In this document: positions 25,201 to 36,900 of the stretch, one piece after another
Layout: each line of letters starts with the position of its first letter
Position numbering within the stretch: position 1 is the first letter of the stretch
Assembly: GCA_050084985.1 (NCBI GenBank)
Contig: JBITNC010000001.1
Coordinates: 26,474,001 to 26,538,000, forward strand
Direction: 5' to 3'
DNA from: Nageia nagi
Lineage: Eukaryota; Plantae; Pinophyta
Length of the DNA stretch: 64,000 bases
The notes under the pieces: generated by a model
What the model saw: only the letters and a program-made list of their open reading frames with translations
Databases searched by the model: none
What the model was told of the DNA's origin: nothing
Translations under genes and position numbers: made by a program

Positions 25201-26617
25201 TCTACTTATCATATGTCCATAAAAATGTCTCCATTCAAGGCATTTTATGGTTATGATGCACCACACTTTTCAGATCTGATTTTTGGTGATTCAAAGGTCC
25301 AAAAAGCTAGAGACTTTGCAGCAGAAAATCAAGCTATTCTTAATGCTTTGAAGGATAATATTCTTATGGCACAAAATCAGCAAAAGAAGTATGCAGATCA
25401 ACAACGTAGTCAGCGCTCATTTGAGGTGGGTGACTTGGTTTATGTTAGGTTGCAGCCCTACAAACAGTCCACATTGAAGAAGAGTGGAGCAGAGAAGGTA
25501 AAACCAAGTTCTATGGGCCTTACAAGGTGATTAGTAAGGTTGGACAGGTTGCATATGCTTTGGAACTTCCAAGTGAGAGTAAGATACACAATGTTTTTCA
25601 TGTTTCTTGCTTGAAAAAGGCTTTAGGCCAACATGTTCAGCCATCTTCAGATTTGCCACCTCTTGATGATGAAGGAAAGCTCATTCTTGAACCTGAATTG
25701 ATCCTTGAGACAAGGAGAGAAAAGCTTAGGAGTAGGACTATCAAAGAATATCTTGTGAAGTGGAAGAACTTGCCTGTGGAGGATGCTACTTGGGAAGGTG
25801 CAAAAATTTTAGATGATCCAACTTTGACTTTGCTTGAGGACAAGCAATTTGAGGAGGGTGGACTTGTAATGTTCCAAAAATAAATATTTTGTAAATGTCT
25901 CCTACACTTAATTATAAAAGTGGAAAAGGGGTTCATGTGACTAGAAGACATAACTTAAGTTGTGTTTATTTATGTTTTATATTTTTATTTTTTTGTAATA
26001 GGTACTTTAAGTGATTTTAGGGTTAGGAGATGTCAACTCCAAATTAGAACCTCATTCTATAAAAGGAAGTGAGCATCTCATTTGGAGGATGTTATGTGAT
26101 ATGCGAATTGAATATTGAAACCCTAGAGTTTCCATGAGTTGAGATTGCATGTCTTGCTCATTCCCATAGTGCATTGGAGGTGCATGGTTGGGGTTTTGGT
26201 AATATCATTGAAGGCATTTTTGCCCTAAAATATCAAAAATACAAAAAGAGGCATCTGTGAGTGGTTCGTGGCATTTTTGGGACGTTTGTGATGTGTTTCA
26301 GACTTGTTGGCAGCCCCAAACCCTATGCTTGTATTTGGGGTCATTTTTGAGGAGTTTTTGCATCAGTTCAGCCTTGGGGTCAGTTTTTCCCACTTGTGGG
26401 AGTTTGTATCTGCATTTTGAGTTCCTTGGGGACTCCATTTGTCCATTTCAGCTGTTGTATTGGTTTGGCAATATTTAATATATGATACTGGCTGATTTCT
26501 CCTCATATTTGTGTTTTTTTATGAGCAATTTCTGAGTTGTTTTATTGCTGCAATTTATCTCTGCATTTTTATGTTGAGGGTTTGCTAGAAAAAAATGTAT
26601 ATAAAAGGAACATCACA
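19276..26617 (+). mobile_element. Gypsy chromovirus G1 (IFG/Reina-like), degenerate, own 5' LTR missing
   Basis: PBS TGGTATCAGAGC (tRNA-iMet) at 19276; fragmented gag-PR-RT(FFDDIL)-RH-IN-chromodomain 19646-25883; PPT then 3' LTR 25865-26617; same family as G2. Confidence 0.92.
20605..22170 (-). mobile_element. Solo LTR (1,566 bp) inserted in G1 gag
   Basis: TG...CA ends, perfect TSD GAATC (20600-20604 / 22171-22175); G1 gag resumes after it; minus-strand TATAAATA at ~21200; ~28-bp tandem repeat at 20770-20870. Confidence 0.88.
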
Positions 26618-29076
26618 ATGGCCCTTCTAGTAGTGTTAAATAATCCAAGGTAATGCCAACACCTTTGGATAGGTAGCTAGTCCTTTGAGGTACGCTAACA
26701 CTCTAAGTAGTGATCTGTATAGCCTTGAGACTTCGCTAGATCTCAGCACGTCCCTTGTGGGTTTTCATTCGCAAGAAGCAAAGGATGGAGCCAATGCCCA
26801 TGCCCTCAAGAAGAGAGAATTAATCCAAACAAGCATATCTTCAAATGATCTCTCATATTCCTTTGATAGACTCCAAATGGCCTTCATGTCCTGCATCCAT
26901 CTCTAGATGTTTCCATGATATCTTAGGATCACCATAATCACCTTTGATGGTCAAGATTTGCTCTTGGATTGATACGTTGTATTATTTGTGTCTTGCGATT
27001 CATGAAATCACATCTAACAATGCCAGTTTGCTCTTCTGAAATATTTTGAACTAGGGCTGATCATGCACTTGAAATACCCAAAATGCCCTATTTACACTTA
27101 GAAAATGTAAACATCCAACCTCAAGAGCAATATTGTAATGCCAAAGACCCAACGTTTGAGCTAGCAATGCCAAATCTCATCAATTAAGCTTAAAATAGTG
27201 CAAATATCTCATGCAAACTCAAGGTCCAAGTAGTTATGGCAAAATGGCATGAAATGACATCCACTAATCCAACATCTAGCCAATGAAGCAAGATCTCAAC
27301 CGAAATGACCCAATGTCTAGCAGATAAGTGCAACTAAGGAAAGATCTCATGAAATAACACAAATAATTAGAGCCACAAATGTAATTCAAATAATATTGCA
27401 AATGAGAATTGAATTACATGCCTCATATTTTAGAGCAAGTGTGCCCTAGGGATGATTCCTTAAAGATATTTATGATTTTCCAATAAAGAAGCACCAAGGC
27501 TTTAAATTTCGTCAGCAGTGACAAGGTTTGCAGCAGGGCTTCATCCCCCTCGAGTTGTGGTGGAGACATCAGAGTCCCACTAGCAGTCTTAAGCTAATCT
27601 AGGGTAATGCCAACACTCCTAGATAGCTAGCTATGACCCTGGAGGTATGCTAATCCTCAAAGTAGCAATCCTTTAAGTTCTGAGGCTTTGCTAGACCTCA
27701 GGTACCTCCAGGTGGATTTTTGTCCATAAGGGTACGAAGAGAGCCGATGCCCTACGTCTAGTGTAAAAGAGAGAAGTAATCCAAGCACATCCAAATGAGT
27801 CCAAAGCATCTCCTTTTATAGTCTCCTTGAGCAGATGTTTCCCTTAGAAGCATTTGGATTGCCACAATCATGATGGATGGTGGAGATTAGCCCTCATGGG
27901 TGTGCGTTGCACTTTGTGTGTCATCCATGCGCCTTGGGATCATTACAATTACATCTAAGGGTCCTTGCATATGCAATGTTCCATGGTGGGAGTCTTCTTG
28001 TGCCTCAGGGTTTGTGTAATCTTCCTTGAGTTGTGTAACTCTAGCTCTAGTGGGGTGCCCCTGTTAGAGGGAAGTTCTATTACATCTACAGGCATACTAA
28101 GTGCCCATTTTATTTATTAACTACAAATAAACTCTTAAATACAAATTAAACGTCTTTTATTTCCAAGACACACCTTTGAATCACAAATTACAAATATTTG
28201 AGCATTATTAATGGTCCACTTGTTACAAATGTTAAAATACCCCTAATTAAAGATAAATCATTCCTAAATTAACTAAATTGCAATTGCTCATCCTTAGAAG
28301 AGGGATGTCACATTCATAGTAGCCAAATGGAAATGGAATATTGGAATCTCAGGCGTGCATGCGATATGTTGCCAAGGACAATTTTCAAGATGCCATATCT
28401 TCCTTGTTTCTTGTCGAAACCATGTCGTGTAACTTGTCAAAACGAATAGCATGAGATTCTCTATCCATTTCAAGGGATGAATCGACAATTCCTGGCTTGT
28501 GGAAGACAAAATCTCTTCAAGAACAAAAATGAGTGGAACCTCAAAATTTGGGAATATTATATCTTCTAGATGCCATACCTCCCTCTTGGGGTCGTCTATG
28601 CCTTGGGATCAGTGTCTCCCTCTTGAAATCCTTGTGCTCTACCCCTAGGGATGTGTCCAACTTGGGGGGAAGCAATATTACATTGAGAGGCATCTAAGTG
28701 CCTCGAGATGCCAAATTACAATTCATCAAGGCTCAAATATGCAACACCTCACTAAAGGAAACTAATATTGGATTTACAAATATAATTTTGCCTTGGTATT
28801 ATAATTACAATATTTATTTCGCATCCCTAAGTGGCCCACCTAATTACTAATATTAAAGTAACAAGTAATGACTCCTAGAGTCCAACGTCCCATGTTGGAG
28901 AGCCGCCAAGTGGAGCTTTACAACCAAAAGGACTTTAATATTGTTGAAAATAACACAATATTCCCAAATTTACTCTAAACTACTAAAATACCCCTAAATA
29001 GGTAATTGAACACAATGAGGGTGCATGTCCCACTCGTGCCAAAGTGAGCGAGACACCAAAATTTGGGAATATTACA
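26618..29076. repeat. Jumble of decayed LTR fragments, including the 3' LTR of G3 with boundary at ~29076
   Basis: Repeated LTR-like termini (…GGGAATATTACA, …CAATATTACA); 26625-26900 resembles 27580-27830; individual boundaries unresolved. Confidence 0.5.
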
Positions 29077-30131
29077 AATCCGCCCCTCCCATATTGCTTT
29101 TTCCCAAGTAATTTGGAACTATGAATGCAGCAGTTGAGTCAGAGTCTTCTTGCTCCTTTCTACATTCATCTTCATTCTTTCGTGTGTTGCTTGATAGCAT
29201 ACCAAGATCAAAGTTTGTGGTGTGTTGTGCGACCTTCTTTGGTTGAAGACGGTTTATGGAGTTGTTTTTGTGGTAGGGGGTTTCCTTGCAAATTATCTCC
29301 ATCCTTTTAAGTCCAGCTCCATGTTCCCCTTCGTCGTTGATCCCTTGTAGGTGTACCTCACATCCGTTGACCTTGAATTTCATCTCTAATGTTTTATAGT
29401 TGGAAGTGATTTTACCCAAAGTGTACAACCATTGTACTCCAAGCACTATATGCGATAGTCCCCCTAAAAGTAAGACATAGAAATCGTTGATCAAGGAGTA
29501 GATGCCCAAGCTCACCTTTAATTTTTTTACTAATTTATTGCTTGAGGCAATATTTTCATTGCCCACTGCTACATCGAATCCCTCAAATTCCTTGTTTTGA
29601 GTCCCTTTTCCTTGATAAAATCCTCATCTATGAAGTTGTGTGTGGCTCTAGCCTCTATGAGTATTAGGACTTTGCTTTTATCCACCTCTCCTTCTACCTT
29701 GATAGTGAGGAATTGGGATTTCCCCTTTAAGGTAGCAATACCTCTCCTTCTACATCGATAGTGAGGAATCAAAAGAGCATTTCATTTCACTTGTCTAGTT
29801 TATTATCAAATATATGGTAGATACTATTGCCTATTCAGAGACACACATACACTACAGTCATGGATAAAATATGAAGATCAAAGATGCATAGCCCTTTTCA
29901 TCCGAGACCTATTTAATCTCAGGAAAGTTCTACTCAGCAACAAAACTCATAAGAACACTGAGTTTAGACATATTCCCTATTTTTTCAGCCCCAGGGAGCT
30001 TCAAATAGGAAGCGTTCGATTGTTCACAAAGACACATCAATATCAACTCGTCGAAGACTTCAACTAGGGCTTCCTAGCAAGACTCCAAACAACTATGTAA
30101 CTCGTTATTTCTCAACTTTAAGTAATAGGAA

Positions 30132-32454
30132 TGAAAGATCCCAAAAATAATCTCAAGTGCAAATTAGTCAAATAATTATCAAATAATATCAAAATACACA
30201 ATTAAACATGCCACGCTTGGACTAGGGCATCAAACACATACAAAAAAAAGCCAGGAATGCAACGATTCACTTAACAAGCAAGAATATCACTCAAATGCCC
30301 ACCGTCATGCACAATGAGACAAGATTGCACCAAACGCACACAATTGTGAGACAAGAATGAGATCCAAGTATGCCACAACTTCAATTAGCAAGTTAATGAT
30401 GAGTACAATACCGAACTGACCCAAGAGGGCTCAACCTTGGCCTCCAAGGAGCCAACTAGGGCATACGAATATGCAAATATGATCACTGCTGGAACAATGG
30501 ATGGGATAGCTACACTCCCTCAACATCTAAATCCTCTCCACTGAAGGAGCCTTCTCCAAACCTTGGAAACCAACTGAATGGTAGGACTACAACCTCGAAA
30601 TACCACCAACAGGACTAAGATGTTGCACCTTAGCTGTAGATTAGGAAGATCCCTCAGCCTGCTAACCCTCTTAGATGTTGCACCTAGGGAAGATTGCTTG
30701 ACGCTGCACCAAGACTTGTGTCCTCTGTACAGAAGAAGAGATAATATAAAATTCAACATATCTATGCAATTATGCTCCAATGCCTAATATAGCTCAAGCT
30801 TGGATCTAGATTGTCACCTTGAAGTCATCAATGCCTCCCTAATCCAACGTTAGCCTCCTCGAGGCCCTCAAATGCCTCAAACATGTCATAAATGCTCATG
30901 TGTGGGGTTTAGAGCCTCCCCAAGGTGTGACGTGGGCCTTCAAGGGTGATGGGATGTATCCATGTCCAATGTTGGGGTCCTAGAAGTTCCCCAATGTCAT
31001 GCGTTGGGTTTCTAGGAGTCATGCATGTGCCTAGATCCTATTTTCCTTGTAGCCTTGGAATTCCCACAATTGATTCTCGGGATCTCCAAGTACATAAAAT
31101 AACATTAAATTATGCTAACCTATGCTTGGTAGGAAGATGTAAGATCCCAAATACAAACTCAAGCAGAAATAATCAAATGTGAAAAAATATCCACCCACGT
31201 TTGGACTAGAAGATCAAATTCAAGCATACACAACCTCACAACACCAACGTCTTGCATATACAAACATAAATGCACTCAAACACCGAATGTTGCAAGTATG
31301 GAGCATACACATCAAATAATAAGACAATAAATGAGATCGAATATGCCCACGGTTGTATTAATGATGTATAATGTCAAATGATACAACACCAGGCCCGCAG
31401 GGCTCAACGTTGGCCTTCAAGGTGCCAACTAGGGCACAACAAACATACATATGTGATCACTCCTGGTACCACGAAACAATGGATGGGACAACCTCACTCC
31501 TTCAAACCTGGATGCTGCTGCAGAACTCCCATGCCTGGAAACCATTGAAGGTAGAAGTGTGACCTCGGAATACCATCGGATGGACTAAGATGCTACACCT
31601 TAGCCATAACTTAACAGGATCCCTTAGCCTGCTAACCCTCCTAGATGTTGCACCTAGGGAGATTGCTTGACGTTGCACCAAGACTTGCATCCATTGGACA
31701 ATATGAGAAATAGTAATAATAAGGCATATCCAACAATGATGCTCCAAGGTTTAATATAGCTCACACTGGATCTAGATCTCACCTCAAAGTCATCACCTAG
31801 CCTTCCTATACCAACGTTGGTTTCCGATAAGCCCCACAAAGCCCATTGAAGGTGCCTAGGGGTCAATGCAAGCCAAACATGGGTCTCTGGGCCTTTCACA
31901 TGCTCAACGTGGGTCTGAAGGGCAAGCGTGGGTGTTTAGGAGTCATCATGGGCCAACATGGGGTCTAGGAGTCTCCCCAAGGCTGGCGCATGTGTACAAT
32001 TGCTCCCAAACCCAACGTTGGGGCAAATAGGTGTTTATCCATGCTCAAGTGATATCTAGGTGCTAAACAAGCCTTGGGATTCCCAGAATCAATTCTCGAA
32101 ATCTCCAAGTATATAAAATAACATTAAATTAAGCTAGCCTATGCTTGGGAGGAAGACGTCCTACTTGGGACTCATAGTGGGGTCCAACGAACCTTTATAT
32201 TTTCTATCCCAAGCACTAACAACTAATGCACAATTAAATAAATAAATATTTAAAAAGGGGAATCCATGGGATTCCATAATTAATCACATTTTGTAAAAGG
32301 GGACGTCACAGAAGACTCATAGTGGGGTCCAATGGACCATTATTATTTCTATCCCAAGTACTAACACAAATACATAAATAAATAAATAAATATTTACAAG
32401 AGGGAATCCTTAGGATTCCATAATTAATTATCTTTTACAAGAGAGGGTGTTACA
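30132..32454 (+). mobile_element. Solo LTR Z1 (~1.15 kb net) inserted in G3
   Basis: TGAAAGATCCC...GGGTGTTACA; perfect TSD AGGAA (30127-30131 / 32455-32459). Confidence 0.85.
31138..32310 (+). mobile_element. Solo LTR Z2 (1,173 bp) nested in same-family Z1
   Basis: TGTAAGATCCC...GGGACGTCACA; perfect TSD GAAGA (31133-31137 / 32311-32315); colinear with Z1. Confidence 0.88.
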
Positions 32455-33990
32455 AGGAATGATTGTTAAAATCCCTAGGAGTCTTCTCTCAGTTTGAATG
32501 AGGGTAAAGGGTTACTTTCTTTCTGACGTACTGCTATATTGTTTTACCTGCTCTCTTTTTTTCTGTTTCTAATTGGTACTGCGTTAGGCACTCCAAATAC
32601 TTTTGTAATGTCCTTCCTTACAGTCCCATTGACCTTTTTTTGGCCAATAGTGGACATTAATAAATTTCTAGTTCTATTTCTAAACTCGTGTTGGCAAGGT
32701 TTCGGTTCCTGATCCGATGCTTCTTCATCTTCAATGACCTCTATGTAGAAATTTTGCTCCTTTCCTTGACACTTGTGACCCTTTCCCATGGGTTTCTATA
32801 GGTGAAACAAAGATTCCTTTTCCATAAGTCATTTCGTGTGGCCTTATCCAATTTTCTTGCGGGGTTGGAAACTTTTTGCACAAGGAATGTATTTGATCCC
32901 TTTTGAATGATGACCTTGATGGTCCTGCCTAATTAGCTCTATGTGTTGTGACACTTAATCCCTTTTGTTTTGTTGAATACTGTACCGCAAGAAGTAGTGC
33001 CTTGCGTATAGTTGCAGCCAGTGTAGACAGCTCTAATGCCTTAATAGTTGCCCCCAATGGGGTCTTGCAATCCTTCCATGAAGAGGTATGCAAGTCTTTT
33101 GTTGTCTATATTAGGAACCATGCAAGATATTCTCTGAAATTTTTTGACGTATTCCTCAACTGTAGTGGTTTTTCTGAGGAAAGCAAATTCCTTGAAATAC
33201 TCTTCCACGTTCTTTTGCTCAAACCTTTCTAGTAATTTTTGACTGAATTCTTCAAATGTAGTTTCCTCATTATGATCGAATGTGGTAAGGCCATGGTGCC
33301 ACTTCGTCCAAGCACATGGTCATTGTCCAGAGTCCTTTTTCTTCATCCATGGGGTTGAGGGTAAAGTACGTTTGCATTTTTTGTAACCATGCTCTTGTCA
33401 AAATCTTGTTACTCCTATTAAAGATTGGCATCTGCATCTTGGGTTGATTATCCTTCTTTTTGACCAATTTTGGAGTTTCTCCCATGTTTTTGCTTTTGTA
33501 TGTCCCAAAAGGTTTGGAAAGGAACAATTCCTCTGAATTCTTCTATTTGATCCATATATTCTTGGATCATTGTATTAATGTCTACTTCTATGAAGTCTGA
33601 TTCTAGAATTTCTTTGAGTGTGAAGAGAGATTGTCTCGGCCAAACAATTGGTGGAGTGGTTTTCTGATTGATCCTTCACCCTTTGGCATGGTGCCCTTGT
33701 TGGGCATTTTTTGTCCATCTTTGCCAAAAGCTTGTTCAATGACTCAAATATAGCATCCATTCTTGGATTTGCCATTTCTTCAGGTCTTTTGGCTTGCCTT
33801 TGTTAGAATTGGCTCATTTCAGGGTGCATAGACTTACCCTCTTCCCAACTTAGGTGCTACTACAACTTGACATCTATCCAAAATTTGAAATTTGTTTTCA
33901 GAATGCAGAAATTAATATTCCAAGAGCAGACAAACTTACCAAGGGCTGTGAATACTGCTTCTGAAAGTGTGCCAACATCCTCCTTGAGAG

Positions 33991-36900
33991 TGTTAGAGTA
34001 ATAAGTTCACTTAGGAGTATTTATTTATTTTCTAGGTCTTATTTCTAGCCTATTTGTTGTGGTGATAGCCACTTCTTTGTCACTTTGTGGATTTTACCTT
34101 CACGTATGGTTGGCATGCTTTTGTACACTAGCTTCTATTTTCCCTATTTATTTGGGTCCATTCTCATTTCAAATTGATCAATTCTGAGGATTCTAGCTTC
34201 TCTCTTTGTTCTTGTGGTGCTCTTGCATTTTCCTTTCTAGCTTTGATTTGCTCTCCTTGCAAATCTTCACATGGTACCAGAGCAGGTTGGATTTTTTACA
34301 AGCATCCAGACTCTTCATGAAGCTTTCTTATATCTGATTCTTTTGGGCTGTGCAAATTTTTCTGGTTGCACTCCCTCTTTACTCAGTCCGTGAAGATTAC
34401 CTCGCCTCGATACGAGTTGTGTGTGACAGGAATTACGTATTTAGATCTGCCTGTGTTTGTCGGATCTGCAAATAATTACCTCTTGTGACTTTCTAGCTTC
34501 CTCAACCCTGCCCTTAACCATATGGCCTGTTGCAATCACTGGATCCCTGCATTTGCATCAGCCCACTCTAGTGCAGGGGTCATTGATCTAGGTGTGATCG
34601 TTGAGAAGGGATTTTACTTTCCGTTGTGGAAAGTGATCGATTTATTTTTGGTGGTGTGTGCTTATTCTTTACTGCAACCTGTTTGCATCCTCTTTTGTCG
34701 TCTAGTGTTTGGGTGCTAGAGATTGTGGCCTTGTTGCATGTAGCGTAGCTCTTGGCAGATCGCAGCCCAACTTGTCTGTTACTTATCAGGTGCCTCCCTC
34801 CTAGCGGCTCCTAGAAACTCCACGACATCAAGCTTTGCGCTCCTTTGGTGAAGTCTCACGTTGCTTGCATGCTCCTCACTATGTCAAACTGTGTTGTCTA
34901 GCCTAGAGATATCCAATTCAAAGCACCTCCTCTTAGCCTTCAAAACCTGTTCACAGTCTCGCCTGCAACACGTCTTCATACAGATCCAAAACCTTCCTCT
35001 ATGTCTTCATACAGATCCATATCCTCCCTTGACGTCTTCATACAGATCTGGGATCCAAAATTGATTGCGCCACTCAGCCAAACTCGTAAGTCTCCCACAT
35101 TGCAGACATTATAAAATTAAGGATTAATTGATCCAGTGGCCGCCCGATTCTTTTCACAATAACTTTGGAATTATAAATTCACATTAAATTTTCATTTTAT
35201 GTGATATTTGTAAAGTTTGGCATTAATTTTTTAGTTTTTTTTTGCCTATTGTAAAGTTCTTGGGGGCTAAAAATTATTTTTGGAGGCATTGGATTTAATT
35301 CTGTAACTTGTGCAAACGGACTCAGATTGGAGTCATGTTTTTTGCGTTGGAAAGGTGGAGATGATATCTTTTCATCCATTTGCATTGTAAACCTTGACAA
35401 CAAGTTTTTTAGGGGGGGTCCTTTGAAAACGAATGAAATTTGGGTGGGGTCTTCTCGGTGTCGAGTGCTGATTTTTGCACCTTCCTTGTTGCTTGGTTCC
35501 TTGGTTTTCTTGGTGTTTTAAGATGGAGCATTCACCATTTAAAATTGAACCTCTCACACCTCATAACTATCACACTTGGAAACCATAGATGTTGACAGTA
35601 TTAGCACAAAGAGAACTAAACACATTCATTAAGGAGCAAAAATTCACATTCAAATCAAACTATGAAACTTAGTCATTCACAAAGGCAACTAGTGAGGTAT
35701 TTGGGCTAATAAAATCAAATGTTAGTGAGAGCTTGTGGTTTCATCTTGATAGTATAACCACACCACATGAGGCATGGGATAAATTGGAATCTTTGTTTGG
35801 TAAAGTTGACACAATGAGAGCCATGAAAATTGATGCTCAACTTACTGCTTTGTCTCTTGACGACCATCCCACCATGATTGATTATCTCACTAAATTTAAC
35901 GAGTTATACTCACAATTGTTGGGTAGTGGTAAAAAGAGGAAAGAGGAAGAATGCATTTATTTGATTTTATCAAAATTGAAGGGCCCATTCTATGTATTTG
36001 CATCTACATTCCTCTCTACAATCGATGCTATGGGTGATGAATTCACAATGCTTAAAAAGAATTTTGTGAACGTCTTACAAGGGAAGAGACTAAAATTTCA
36101 ATTCTTGAGGCATCTTCATCTAAAGCAATAACAACATCTAAAGGCAAAGTCAAGCCCAAGCCTAAGCCTAAGTCCACTACACCACAGACAGCTCCTAAAG
36201 CCCCTGACTCCAAATCCACTCAAGAAAAGGAGAAGCCTACTTGTTCTTATTGTGGGAAGCTTGGTCATGTCATTGAAAATTGTTACAAAAATATGAAAGA
36301 TGATAAAAAGAAGAAAAAATCTGAAACTTCTCATGTATCAAGCAAGGCTTTGAATGTTCATGGGAAGAGACATTCAGTTTTTGAGAGTTGGGTTATGGAT
36401 TCAGGTGCCTCTCATCACATGACTTCATCCAAAGAATCTTTTCCATCTCTTTGTTCTATTTCTACTTCTAGCATTGAGGTTGGTGATTCCTCTCACATTT
36501 CTGTGAAGGGGAATGGGGACATTCCTGTTGAAGGTGGTCGCATCCTTGATGTGCTTTTGGTTCCTAATCTCTTCACCAACCTTCTTTCTATGTATTAGAT
36601 TTGTAATATTGGTGGTGGGAGGATTGTTTTATTTACACTTGATGATTTTGAGATTCGTAGTTTGCTGGAGCCATAGTCGCTTCTCGCACAAGGTGATGTT
36701 GACCATTCCTTGAGGCTCTATCAGTTTGAGGCCGTTGATGATACTGATTCAGGTACTGGGTTGGTTTTCCATGCAGATTTTGTGAGTAGACTTTGGCATG
36801 AGAGGTTTGGGCACCTCAAATATAGATATTTGTAGCAATTGCATTCTCATGATACTGTCATTGGCTTGCCTAAGGTGTCTTGTTTGATGGTGGTTGCAAC

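Larger units (their letters stand above)
29072..33829 (-). mobile_element. Gypsy remnant G3: gag + protease joined directly to PPT/LTR (RT, RH and IN absent)
   Basis: Minus-strand fragments: gag (AWLQKMQTYFTLN, GHKC) and protease (ILIEARATHNFI, IVLGVQWLYTLG); then PPT GGGAGGGGCGG and LTR start TGTAATATTCCC at ~29076. Confidence 0.75.
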
